A stretch of DNA of 64,000 bases from Octopus vulgaris (taxonomy: Eukaryota), in contig OX597817.1 in NCBI GenBank assembly GCA_951406725.2, forward strand, positions 72,850,001-72,914,000, given 5' to 3'. How positions within the stretch are numbered: the stretch's first letter is position 1; every line of letters begins with the position of its first letter. Under the pieces are notes generated by a model. The model was not told the origin of the DNA. It saw only the letters and a list, made by a program, of their open reading frames with translations, and ran no database searches. Position numbers and translations under genes: made by a program. Shown here one piece after another: positions 12,451-25,405 of the stretch.

Positions 12451-13499
12451 GATAAATTTATAGTTTCACATCAGACTCAATTTCGGTACTAAATAATTTT
12501 TTTTTTCCCGTAGTTTTTGTGGGTGCAATCATCTTAGTTGATCTCATTAGTTGTTGCAAATGCATTCTTTCTACAGAAAATGGAGGCGGTGGGGGTGGGG
12601 TGGAACCTCAGAAATTCCCCTTCCCGACCTCGTCTCACGTGTATTTTTTTCGTTGCAATCATCTTAATTGATCTCATACATATAATCATTAATTCTATTT
12701 ACAGATTGTATATTCTAATTAAAATGTTTATGTTTGGTTGTTCGCTGGAATTGAGTGGATTAAGAAACGCCGTTTTGTTGTTCTCCTGACTGGTCAGAAG
12801 CATGACAAAGCGACATTGCTTCCACTAATTCAGAAATACATCAAACCTGGGTCAGTTATCTACAGTGATTCTTGGGCAGCTTACAAAGACATACAAACAC
12901 GGGGTTATCAACATTACATGATAAACCACAAAAGGGAATTTTGTTGATACCACACAAAACATCAAACGTTTTTGTCGAGATTTAAAGGAATAGATGAAAA
13001 GGCTGGGTAAACATTCAAACTGTCTACAGTAGTACCTGGCCAGGTATTTATTTATCTCTGCTACAGAAAACCAAAAAAAAAAATTGATGCACCAATTTTT
13101 CATTGAGGCAGCAAAATTATATACACCAATTTGTTATTGAGGCAGCAAAATTATATACACCCCTCCTAGTAAAGGATCAATTCCAGCACAAATCTGGAGA
13201 CAGAAGATATACAGAACTGCCCTAGGTTCCACCTCACCCCCACCCCGTTTTCCATGGACAAAATGCATTTCCCACACATTATGAGGTCAACCAAGACAAT
13301 TGCAATGAAAAAATGCAGGAGATGGGGTCAGAAAGGGGACTTCCAAAGTTCCACCTAACCCCTACCCCATCTGTCTTCCATGGAAAGAATGCATTTCAAA
13401 CAGCTTACAAAGTTAACTAAGATGATTGCACCCCAAAAACCTGTGGGAAAAAATTATTCAGTACCAAAATCGAGTCTGATGTGAAACTATAAATTTACC
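12451..13499 (+). mobile_element. Merlin (IS1595/ISXO2-like) DNA transposon, internally deleted
   Basis: About 90-bp TIRs (gataaatttatagtttcacatcagactc... and ...gagtctgatgtgaaactataaatttacc). 8-bp TSD cttgcatc / cttgtatc. Subterminal tandem repeats are present. Transposase fragment at 12738-12947 reads ...TLLPLIQKYIKPGSVIYSDSWAAY...INHKREF. Confidence 0.92.
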
Positions 13500-14219
13500 C
13501 TTGTATCCAGGAATGTGCTACTGCTCTTACACATGTACACAACCATCCAAGTCAGCATCCATCCAAAAGATGACCATCCAACTGATCAGCAAACACTCAC
13601 TAAACACCACTACTACTTCTGGACTACAGAAGCACTGTCTCCATTTTCTGCCTTACTACAATGCCTTAAGTTTCAAGCTATCTCCTCCCAGACTTACATA
13701 TCTCTTGCTTCCTACAGTCATCTTTATTTTATCTTACCTTCAAAGCCCCACACTAACCTACACACAATCCTTCTTTTCCAGAAAGTCTATCTTCACACCC
13801 TTTCTGTCTATCTATTTTTCCTGTGGTTGTTACTCTACTTTTGAACATCAACCATACTGACCTCACCAGACTGCCAACAATATAGATGCCACCCCTCCAA
13901 CAAAACCAAACAAATAACTACAAAAATGAGCCATCAACACACTCCTTAGTACCAGAAACATGAGAGACATGTTTCTTACCTTATGATCTCAAAGTGTCTA
14001 CAACTGCTGACAAAGCAATACGTTTTTGATATCATTTTAAAAATAAAGAGAGTGTAAAATTTCCAGAAGCTGCTGCTGTTTAGCTTCAGTTTAGCCCTGA
14101 CTAAGCATACAGACCCAAGATTAAAAGCATTTCATTTGCAACTTTGACGGTCCCTTTTCCAACTCTTGCACATCCAGGAGCTCATTACTCATATTTGAAG
14201 ATAGTATGATTTGATTAGT

Positions 14220-14520
14220 GGAGGCACATAGCCTAGTGATTAGAGCAGCGGACTCATGGTTGAGGGATTGCGAGTTCGAATCTTAGACTGGGCGATGTGT
14301 GTGTTTATGAGAGAAACACCTAAGCTCCACGTGGCTCCGGCAGAAGGTAATAGCGAACTTCTGCTAACTCTTTCACCACAACTTTCTCTCACTTTTTCCT
14401 CCTGCATCTTGCAGCTCACCTGTGATAGACTGGTGTTCTGTCCAGGTGGGGAACCTATACGCCAAGGAAACCAGGAAACCGGCCCTTATGAGCCAGGCGT
14501 GGCTCGAGAAGGAACAAACA
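14220..14520 (+). mobile_element. tRNA-derived SINE
   Basis: A-box-like tagcctagtga and B-box gagttcgaatc in a tRNA-like head, followed by a body shared with the 6489-6790 family. Confidence 0.8.
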
Positions 14521-15627
14521 ATGATTTGATTAAAGTAATTGTGTAGAGTATCTACTTGGATCATCATCCCCATTTTAATAGCCGCTTTTCTATGCTGACA
14601 TAAATCAGACAGAAATTTTGTTTTAGAAGAAGGTTTTCTATAGCTGGATGCCCTTCCTGTTGTCAACCACTAGTTATTTCCAAGTAAGATAATATTTCTC
14701 CTATGATGAGACATGTCTTCATGGAAGATGAATGACAGACTCTCCTTGCATGATGATAACATTCATTTACAACTATCTATCATGTGATGTCACAGTAAGG
14801 AAACTGTGTAACACACACACACACACACGAGTGAATGGACAAATAAAAGAAAAGGCCAACGACACATTTAGTAGGAGTTACATCTATCATTTAAAATAGT
14901 TGATAGGTTTCTTTCAATTTCTGTCTACCAGATCCCCTTGTAAGGTTTAGGGTGGTACACGACTATAACAGAAGACACTTACCCAAGATGTCATATGTCA
15001 TGTAGTGAGGCTGAATCCAGAACCAAGTGGTTGAGAAGCAAAATTCTTACCACACAGTCAGGCTTGTTTTTAGAAATTTTACCGAGATAATGTGTAGAAG
15101 AGTTAAATCTATTTTGTCAAGATGTAATTTGATGGAGATTTGACTGCTATTTTTTTTTTACAGGTCAAAACATGATCATAAGCCCTTTTTCAGGAGAGGT
15201 TGTCTGAAATAGTCATTCCTAGCAGATTTGAAGTGTGGCAGCGGCAGCCGCCACCACCACCATCATCATCATCATTGTTTAATGTCCATTTTCCATGTTG
15301 GCACAAGTTTGATAGGAGCCGCCAAACCAGAAGCTCTCTCACGAAGGGTTTGCCTGCGAAAGTAATTTCTATCATGAATAGAACTCTCTATATCAAACTA
15401 CTCGACATTGCTTTTGGTTCTACGACACAAATTAAAACCTTCCATCAAAATTTCATTTAAATTTGTTTCAAGCACCAGCTTAATAATGTCAAAATTATTT
15501 TACAGAAGTTTTCATTATTTTCAAAACTAATTGAAATGAAGACAATGTATTTCAACAGAAATACAGTAACAAAAGAGTTAAGATTCATTGATGTCAAGAA
15601 GGAACTTAGAGAGAAAGAGCAACTTAC

Positions 15628-15745
15628 CAAACATAGTTCAAATTCTTCACAGCGAAATGCAGAGAACTGCAATATAATCCAGCCACCAATCAATAATATA
15701 AAGAAGTTGGCAATAAGGATGAGAGCAACATTTAGCCAAGACAAC
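15628..15745 (-). CDS. Internal exon C (118 nt) of the NEF1-like gene
   Basis: ctttgcttttgcag|GTTGTCTTGG...TGTTTG|gtaagt. Encodes LSWLNVALILIANFFILLIGGWIILQFSAFRCEEFELCL and ends in phase 0. GGWIILQF resembles the NEF1 GxWxxLQF motif (recalled). Confidence 0.9.
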
Positions 15746-17477
15746 CTGCAAAAGCAAAGAGAAATCATCAGAAATATTGTACGAAAAGGACTAAGTAACA
15801 TGTAAATCAAAAATTTTCAAAACATATTTTGAGTGCATGTTCTAAATATACATCCACCCACTGTAGCTGCTATCATAGCAGTTATAGTGGACTCTGCTTC
15901 TCAGAACTGGCTATTCTCCTGCCATTTTCTTCAGCAAAAATCCACTCCTCTCTTCTCCTCCCACCACCCATATGGTGTCCACCACCAGTAGCCCTGCACT
16001 AACCCTAAGGTCTCCCTACTAAGAATGCAGATTCTCTGGAATTTCAACCTTGTCTATGTTTTTACTGAGGCTCAAATTGCAACTGTTCAAAAGGAACATT
16101 GGTGTCAATAGTCTCTTTGAGAGCCTGTGACAGCTAAATTTCTTGCAAGTTATACCACTGACACACATCATTCCTTTTATTGGTTCTATCTGATTTAATT
16201 TCATACAAGAGCATATGAGCCAACAAGTGAGCCTCTATATAATCACTCAATCTGCAATAACATCTTAATGCCTGAAAAAGACTCCTTCAATTTTTTTAAA
16301 AATCTTTTATTTGTTTCCGTCATTGTACTGCAGTCATGCAGGGGCACCACTCTGAAGGGCTTTTTCGCTAAATGAATTGACCTCAGTACCTATTTTTTAA
16401 AGACTGGTCAATCGCTTTTGCTGAACCTCTAGGTTACAGGGACATAAACAAATCAACCAATTGTCAAGTGGTGAGGCACAGTGGGTAAACACAAACACAT
16501 AGATATAAACAAATATATCTATATCTATGTGTGTGTGTATATATATATATATATATGGGGGGGGGGGGCTTCATTCAGTTTCTGTCAACAGAATCCACTC
16601 ACAAGGTGTTGGTTGGCCTAGGACTATAGTAGAAGACATTTGCTCAAGATGTCAAGAACCCAGAACTCTGTACTTGGAAAACAAACTTCTTACCCCACAG
16701 CCATGCCTGCATCTATATGTAACCTTTCTATAAAATAACTACAGGATCATTATTAAACTTTAAACAGATCATAAAGATGGTTTTGTAAATAACCTTTGAC
16801 TAGGCACAACCCCTTCCAATTATAAAAAGAAAAGCCTTAATTTATTTTCATTTTAAAAGACTACTTTGCTTTTTGGAGTCTTTAACATAAGTCACCAACA
16901 AAGCTTCAGCCCTTGTGCATATAATAGAAATGATTTTAAAATATATCCTCTTTTCAACATACACACACTCTAGTACTTTATTTTTCTCACTTTCTCCTAT
17001 AGCTTCTTTCTTTTATGCACAAACATTCAGCCCCTTATGTAGTTTCCTTTCCTCTTTCATACAGAAGCATACTTAACACTTGCTTCCACATTTTTTATAC
17101 ACATACAGATATACATACTCTCATTCTTTCTCCATCCTCCTTGCTCCAGTTCACTATAGTCAATGTTACTTCTTCTTCTTCTTCCAAATAACACACATAC
17201 ACACACAGTAAGTTGACAGTAACTTTTCTACTACTTATAAAGGAAAGCACAAAAAACAAAATGAAACAAGAAAAATGAATGGCAACAATGATATAAAGAG
17301 CAAAAATCCCAAATTTGTCCCATGGGGCTGAAGGTCAACTATAATTTACATTTCTAACAGCAATGACCTGACCTGCTTACTGGAGTGTTCAATGGCTTTT
17401 ATAGCTCTGGTCAATGGAGGTCACTTGCTCTGAGTGGATGTAATTTGAGGTATAAGACAACACCTGCAGCAGTAGCA

Positions 17478-17478
17478 G

Positions 17479-17525
<47 letters not shown>
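17478..17525. repeat. (AGT)n microsatellite
   Basis: Direct reading. Confidence 0.9.
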
Positions 17526-17530
<5 letters not shown>

Positions 17531-20500
17531 CAGTGGCAGCAGCAGCAGCAGCACTAATTTAACAAATAATCCAAGTCCAAATTTAGTTTTGAAAATATCT
17601 TCATGATCTTCTTCTATCTTAGTCAACAAATTGCAACCATACTGGGGCACTATCTTGAAGGGTTCAGTTGAACAAATCAACCCCACAACTTACTTTTGTT
17701 GTTGTTAAGTCTGGCACTTATTTTATCAGACATTTTGCTGAACCATCAAGTTATGGGAATGCAAACAAACCAACACCAGATATCAAGTGGTGGTGGAGTA
17801 CAAACACAAAGATACACAGTTACTCACCCACCCATCATCATCATCATTTAATGTCCTTTTTTCCATGCTGACATAGGTTGAACAGTTTGACAACGTCTGC
17901 TTTGACAATGGTTTCTACTGCTGGATGCCTTTCCCAACATCAGCCACAGGGTTACAGTAGACGGGTTACTGCCATGCAGTAGGACTGAACCTGAAATTAT
18001 GTGGTTGAAAACCAAGCTTTCTGATCACACAGCTATGTCTGTGCCTGCTTAATGTCTTATATATCTATTTAATTTAAAGCTGGCAAGTCAGGACAAACCA
18101 AGTAAAGTATATATAATATGACTTATGTAAGTTAAGAAACAAAAGCAAAGGAAAAAGAAGCATAACTAAAGAACAGTTGAGTCTTTTTGTTGAATCTTTT
18201 CCTAACCTCCATGAACTGGTTGGTAGATCCTAGAAAATGAACTGTGCCTCCAACTTTAGTATTCTTTTTTTCAAATCATTCTTCGAAGACTGACAATTTT
18301 TCATTGGAATAGATCGTGCCATAAAGTCTTTGAATATTTCCATATGACTCTTCATGACAGAATATATAGTTTAAAAGAATATGGCAGTCTTAAAAGGAAG
18401 AGTGATAATTTTCATGCTGTTCCCATGGAAACAGATAATTGAGACTTCCACTATATCAGCAATGGAGACTTCTGACTGGTTAAGATTACACAACTTTAAA
18501 AGCCTATAACTTTTTTTTTTATTAATTTCTAGTGAAAATGAATGTGAATTCCATCACCATGTATAACTACTTCAGTGTAGGAAATTTGAAAAAATTCTGA
18601 CAGTGGGAAGAAAGATTCCGTTTTCATACAACTCTTCATGATACAATATAGTTTAAAAGAATGTTCAAAACCAGCATATATACTTTGCTTGTTAACCTTG
18701 CTCAGTATCTGATTTGTTTTATATGATATCTGGTTTTATAACAACATATTGATGATGATGATGATGATGATATTATTTCATTGATAGAGTTAAAAATATG
18801 TTTTCATTATTTCAAGAAGTTTTAGTTTTTTTTTATTAGTGTAATTTGAAGGATTTTTAGTTACTATTTCATTAAGATCAAGCAATCATGCACAGGCTCC
18901 ACTGTATTAAGTGTTTACAGATGAAGTGAAATCAGAAAAAGTATGAAAAATGTACAAAATGGGATGTTATGACACAAGTCCTAAGAAATTTAGAAAAATA
19001 AAATACTTTTCAAAAGTAATTTTACTGCAAGTGATCAAAACTGCACCGTGTGACTTATTATTCAGAGATGCCATCTGCATTAAAAACAACAGTTAACTTA
19101 GTGATACATATTTAACATAATGAGTAACAAAAAAATCTAATTAGAAATAGTTATGCTGTGAGGAAAACTTAATATGAACTCAATGATTAAATATTACTTT
19201 AATCATTTCAACAAGAATGGGAAATAACTCTAGACATGTTTTGGTCTAGCTAGACCTCTTAAGAATAGAATCAATTTCAGCAAACTTGCTGAAGTAATGA
19301 TGAGAGTTTTGTTACTGTGGAGGGATAGGTATAAAATTAAACTCAGAGGATTTAAAAAGGGAGTGTGTTTGGTGTACAACACTGAACATCTGTCTCAAAT
19401 CTCTCAGTTCTATTTCAGCAAGAACAATGAAATTAATGTTTTGCTGAGGAGTTCTAATAAGACTGAAACATGCTCGGAGTGGTGAAATTAGCAGAATGAT
19501 TAAAATGATAATTGCTAATGAGCTAAAACTGTCTTTCCCTCACGATATAAATTATTTATAATTAAATGTGTAATGTTCCTTGGACTAAACATGATACTAA
19601 CTTAACAACCGTTGTGAATAAATAGCATTATGACAAAGACCAATCTTCAACTGGAACTTTTATCCTGATAATACAGAATGGTTTATTTTTGAAATTTTTC
19701 CCTTTTAAAACTTAAAGACCTTTTTTTTAAGATAAAAGGGTAAAGATATTCTCTCTTTAAATATAGTTACTTTGAATCTTGGAAATTACTTTGAAGGGAT
19801 TTACTTTGTAGTGTTCCACTACATAATATAATATATCTGGTTCCAATACTCCACTTTCTTGTGGAACACTATTCTTCAGTTATTGAAGTGCTTGGTGTTG
19901 GTCTGTACAAGCTCTTTATGCATTTACATTTATAAATGCATTTTTTCTAGATTTTTAAACCTAAATATTAAGAACTCAAATGCTAACCCATTTTTTCACA
20001 TTTAAGTGTGTTATCTTATTTGGGATGGCATGACCAGAAGTAAGTTAGTTGTATCTCTTGTCCAAGTTAACTGATGTGAAGTGAAGAATTAAGATTACTA
20101 TAATAATGTTATAGTTTATGATAGCAATATTATATTAAATGTTTAGCACAACTAGTAGACACAGCTTTCAGTATGGAGGGCCAGAATGTAATATTTCCAT
20201 TATCAAACATATTACTTGAATTATTTAAATGTAACAATTAACTAATATGATGACGATAATCCATAGATACCATCATTATCAAATAAGCTAGAAAAAATAA
20301 ATCATTATTTTTGCTAGGATGTGAATTGAGGAAAATTTGGTCGCTATTTCTTGTGGGTCAAAAGCTCCCTTGTTGGCTTATTTATGTATAGATATATTAA
20401 CCAACAGATGATATCTCATGATACCATTGAAAATGTAACAGGATTTTTATGGTGTTTTTCATTTAAACATCAACACTTTAGTACAGCTGGCAAATTGGTG

Positions 20501-21334
20501 GACCATTAGACAAAATACCTTGCGGTATTATTTCAATTCTCTACACTCTGAGTTCAAATCTTGTCACTGTCAACTTTGCATTTTATAATTTTTCTTGAGA
20601 GGCAGGGTAATAAAAAAAAAATTACCATTCAGAACAGTGGTTTGATGGAACTGTAAAACTGACCAGATACCTTATGATACTTCTTTTGGCTCTTTGCATT
20701 CTGAGTTCAAATTCCGCCATGGTCAAGTTGAGTGGTAGATTTAATCTGTCATGCAATTTAACACACACATTTTGTGTCATGAGTGCATTTAGTGGCATCC
20801 ACACTGACACAAAATCTATACTTGACAGGGTCGTACCTTTTCAAATTAGAGGTACATCCTTGGAGTTTAGCATATTAAGCACATCAATGGGTATTGGCTA
20901 TCAGACAAGACAGTAATCTGGAGATTGCATGTTGTGTCAAACAAATGTCTTAAATCCATAAATATTCATAGAGTATTTTATAATTACAAAGTAGTGGAAT
21001 GGAGTGAGCAAGTCTTTTTAATACATAGATTTACAATTGCTTCATTTGAATTCGATCTCATCAATCTTGCCATATTATACAATAATATATGCAACTATTG
21101 ATTACTCTCCAAGTGCTTTTGGAATGACATATGTCAACTTGGACTCACGAAGTCACATATAAAAGTAATTTGTTGAAAGAACTTGAATTATCTAGATTTT
21201 ATACATATCGAGTTGGGTGTGGTTATAGGATCATGTTTTTCTATTTCTTTTTCTTCCTTGACTGGCTAATACACACCAATGGTTTGTTTTGTTTGTAATG
21301 CATAAATGTACCACAGTAACCACACCCAACTTTG

Positions 21335-21378
<44 letters not shown>

Positions 21379-21432
21379 CATGTGTGTGTGTGTATATATA
21401 TGTATGTATGAATGTATGCATGTGTGCATGTG

Positions 21433-21471
<39 letters not shown>

Positions 21472-21475
21472 CACA

Positions 21476-22337
21476 CTAGCTGGTGTACCTGGTAATTCCT
21501 AGGGGGTAAAGATGTTCTATAGAAATGCCTTATTACTCTGATGTAAGAAAGCAATTTCGTTATAACTGCCGCAAAAGGTGTATTTTCCATCACAATAAAG
21601 TACAAAAAAAACTGTCAGCTGGAGGAGGGAGAGATTGTTGGAGGTTGGTGAGAGAGGTCTTCAGAGGTTGGCGAGAGGCAAAGACATTATCCTGTTTAGC
21701 GAAGGCATCTGGGAAATGTATAACTGCTGTCATTCATAGAAAAACTATTGTTTTACCATGAGAAAAGCACTGCTGAAGTGTTAATTGAAATTTGGCAATC
21801 AAGGATGGAATCCAAGCTATGCCTGCATGAAGCCACTACAAATACATTGTGGAATAAAAAAATTTATCTACTGTCATGGAAAAAGTGTAACTTCAAAAAT
21901 GCAGAATTATCGGAGTAATGGGCATTCAAAAAAGTATGCATGCATAGAAATGTATGAATGAAGTCTTTAATGTTTAAGATTCAAATTAAGGAAGTACAAT
22001 AATAACGTTTAGCAGTTCAAAACTGTGAGTAGTGAAATGCAGAATTAGGTCGGCTGATCGTGAGAATCAAATATTGATCGCTTCAATAAAATCTGCAGGT
22101 GGTATGGGTTATTTCTCTTCAGTTGTTTAAATAAAATATTAGTAATATGTAGTAGATAGAAGGATCCCTTGGAAGGGCCCTATTATCGAATTTTTTCAAC
22201 AATCTAAGTATATCATGAGGTTTCCAGACATGAGTTCTACTCAAGTGTCAAGTTTCATCAAAATCAATAAAACGAATGTAGGAGGAGTTAGCTAACAACG
22301 CCACAAACACACACCAATTTTCCACATATGTAGTAGA
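21476..22337 (-). mobile_element. Non-autonomous Helitron
   Basis: The minus strand starts A|TCTACTACATATGTGGAAA and ends ...cctaggaattaccagg-tacaccagCTAG|T. The termini match those of 29152-30058. Confidence 0.85.
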
Positions 22338-22536
22338 TATGCATATATGTGTATGTATGTATATATGTGTGGGTATATGCATGTATATATATATGTATGT
22401 ATATATATATATGTATGTATGTATATATATATGTATGTATATATATATATATGTATGTATATATATATATGTGTGTATGCATGTGTGTGTCTGTATGTAT
22501 ATATATATATATATATACCTGCTGGCCAACAGGTCT

Positions 22537-22599
22537 TGGGATCTGATGATACACCATGAAGTTAAACCCTTTATGGGTAGGAAACCCAGAGTAACCCCA
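22537..22599 (+). ncRNA. Type I hammerhead ribozyme motif
   Basis: tgggat-CTGATGA-tacaccatgaag...ctttatgggtag-GAAA-cccagag-TA-acccca. Stem I pairs at 5 of 6 positions. Confidence 0.65.
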
Positions 22600-22774
22600 T
22601 CAACCAGCCTTCACCAGGAAAAATATAGGGTGCTCTACTTTTTAGAGTGTGCTGCTTCTCCGGATTTATATTTTTCTAAAAATGATATATATATAATTGC
22701 AGTGTGAATGGTGTTTATAAGCCATTTAAGAAACACACAAAAACCGTTAGATTCACTTCAACATTTAAATTTAA

Positions 22775-22825
22775 TTTGTCAAAATATTTTCGTCACTTTG
22801 AGACCGCGACCTGTTCACTGACAAA
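22775..22825 (-). ncRNA. Hammerhead-like motif with C3G/G8C core swap
   Basis: The minus strand reads tttgtca-GTGAACA-g-gtcgc-ggtctcaaa-gtgac-GAAA-ATAT-TT-tgacaaa. Stem I is 7 bp, stem II is 5 bp, and stem III is the palindrome AATATT. Confidence 0.7.
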
Positions 22826-22936
22826 ACTTCGTGCTGTGTGTTTCTTAAATGGCTTATAAACACCTTCCACACTGCAGTTGTTTTCATTCCAGTACACGAT
22901 CTCAGATCAAATCACTCACTATGCAAGTACATCTCC

Positions 22937-23043
<107 letters not shown>

Positions 23044-23302
23044 ATATGTATGTATGTGCATAGTTGTAGAAGAGCATCACCATCATACAAGTAATGTTGT
23101 TTGCTGTCAGTCTTCCCTGGGAAAATGTTTATATGGGAAGTATTATCCTACTGGGACAGGAAGGGCATCCAACCATAAAAAAGACAGTCTTAACAAATTC
23201 TGCCTAACTCATGCATACATGGAATAGTGGACATATATATAAAACAGTGCTCCAGCATGGCTGCAGTCAAATGACTGAAACAAGTAAAAGAATATTTATG
23301 TA

Positions 23303-23337
<35 letters not shown>

Positions 23338-23986
23338 TTAACCCAGTACTCAATAAAATTATTTTTAATAATTTCAAAACTGAAAAAAGAAGAAAAATCT
23401 ATAAAATACATGTTATCTAACCTTTAATTAAGCACCCATACATAAGATAGTTAATATGATTAGATGCATTGAAAATATTCACTTCAGATATGATAAAACT
23501 AAGAAAAACAGCCCTTCCTGAATGATTTATGATAGGTTTTCCTATTATCAACAATGTCATGTTAACAAGGCCAGAATTAAATGCTAATGCTAATTGTAAT
23601 GAAGGAAATAATTTCATCACTATCCTAGTCTTACATCGTTTTTCTCACTCCACCACACCCTATACCAAAGTGAAAGGAAATATTATTCTATTTAATTAAG
23701 ATATACCTCATAACTATCATAAATTGAATTCACAGGAAGGTTACTCTGACTAGACTAATCCAAGAAAATTGTATTTCATTAACACTCTCTAACTCTTTGA
23801 CTTCTGATGAGGAATAAATCACTACCTCTGCTTCTTCCATCACTACTACAATAGTTTCAGCTATTATCAACTAGACGGCTACATGCCTATGTTACTATAA
23901 TATATTACCAACACTTTAACCAGGATACAGGTTACCTGTATATACACATACAGAGAGCAAAACGAAATAAAGTTTCAAGTCATTAG

Positions 23987-24431
23987 CCTTTTTGCAACCA
24001 TATTTCAGCTGAAATACAATGCCTTCATTTCAGTTAATTTTGAAATTAATGAAGAATTTACGAAAATAGCTTTGCCATTATTAAACACTTTAGCATTTAA
24101 ACCAGCCATATCCAGCTCAAATATTCTGCCTATTTTATGTTTAAACTGGTCAGATCTGACCTCTCATACTTACCCTGTAATGTCATTCTAGAAGATAAAC
24201 AATTACATTTTTGAAATCTTGAAAACTATAAACTAATACATTTTAATTTTTTTTAATGTGAATAAATAAGCATTACATTTCACAAAATAATTTGAATGGT
24301 AAAGGGTTAAGCTGGTATTTGGAACATAATCTAGCATGAAATTTTAATGGAAAGCTTTAATATAGATAACTTTAAACTGAAGTTTGTACCACATGACTAT
24401 GGGCAGTCCAGGTGGGTTTGTATCAAAAAAG
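23987..24431. mobile_element. piggyBac-type MITE containing a second TTAA-flanked MITE (about 24085-24306)
   Basis: The outer sequence matches 4397-4606. The inner element is bounded by TTAA at 24081-24084 and 24307-24310 and ends in aaaggg. Confidence 0.65.
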
Positions 24432-25066
24432 TTAAAGAGCTTTTCGATAAATCAACTTACTTGAAACTGACTCTTGTTATATTATTCTATTAATAGCAAA
24501 CCTGTTTTAAAATACTTAATATCTAACACACTCACTGGTTCAATTTACACTCATTTATTATTTATACTTTTTCTTTTCCAAAATAAATGAGAGGAAATTA
24601 AACTGGTGAATGTGTTAGATATTAAGACAGTATGACTCTCCCCAGACACAACAAAATCTGTTTTAAAATGTTCATAGTGAAATTAAAACCACACATCATA
24701 AATTTATGTAAGAATATTTCTGTTAAGTTACCTTACAAAACACAAGCTTGATAATTACAATATTAGTCATTTTATTAAACCTTTGCAAATTCTAAAAATT
24801 TTCATAATTAATTGAAACACACAGGCAACAGATTTGATGAGAATTAAGCTCATAAACATGTAAGGGGACTAAGTAATGTATTGCAACCTGTTGTAGTATG
24901 TGTAGATTCTAACACATTGTGTTCAGCTGCTCAAAACCACTTGAGTTTGTCTAAGTATAGTTGCAACAGCATCTACCTCTTATTTCATGTGCACATTGAA
25001 ATGTTTGTCAATAGAGTGCTACATCGAAACGAGGTTTTTGATGGATTGTTGACAATATCAAGGAGC

Positions 25067-25405
25067 TGAGTCATGAATATAGAGGCATGAATCAAGAATG
25101 TCAGAGTGCAGAGTCAAGAATGTCAAGGAGAGTAGTTAAGAATGTCAAAATGCAAGTTAAAGAATACAAGAGCACAGGGAGAAGAACACCAGAGATTGGG
25201 ACCATGAATGTCATGGTGTGGTTCAAAAATGACAATATGTGGAACAATATGAGAGCATGGATTTAGGATGTTGAATCAAGATTGTCATATTATTGACTCA
25301 AGATTGCCAGGATTCTGAGCAATGATTGTTAAGATGCTGAATCAAGATTGTCAGAGTGCTGAGTTAAAAGTATCAGGGTGATGAATGAAGGTTGTCACAC
25401 AATGC
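25067..25405. repeat. Degenerate minisatellite, unit about 22 bp
   Basis: About 15 units resembling tgaatcaagattgtcagagtgc. Confidence 0.75.

Noticed and set aside
13510-13960. Possible very old Penelope endonuclease C-terminus (VIFILSYLQSP)
   Set aside because: Similarity is too weak and there is no recognisable hammerhead.
14220-14292. tRNA gene
   Set aside because: The tRNA-like head continues into a multi-copy SINE body and the cloverleaf is degenerate.
17380-17462. Possible minus-strand exon with cag...gtaag boundaries
   Set aside because: It has stop codons in all three frames and is not needed for the exon B-C join.
18348-18662. Direct repeat of about 30 bp, actcttcatga...tatagtttaaaagaat
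   Set aside because: No TIR/TSD or other structure could be tied to it.
25067-25405. CRISPR-like array
   Set aside because: Eukaryotic context, contiguous degenerate units, no spacers and no cas genes.
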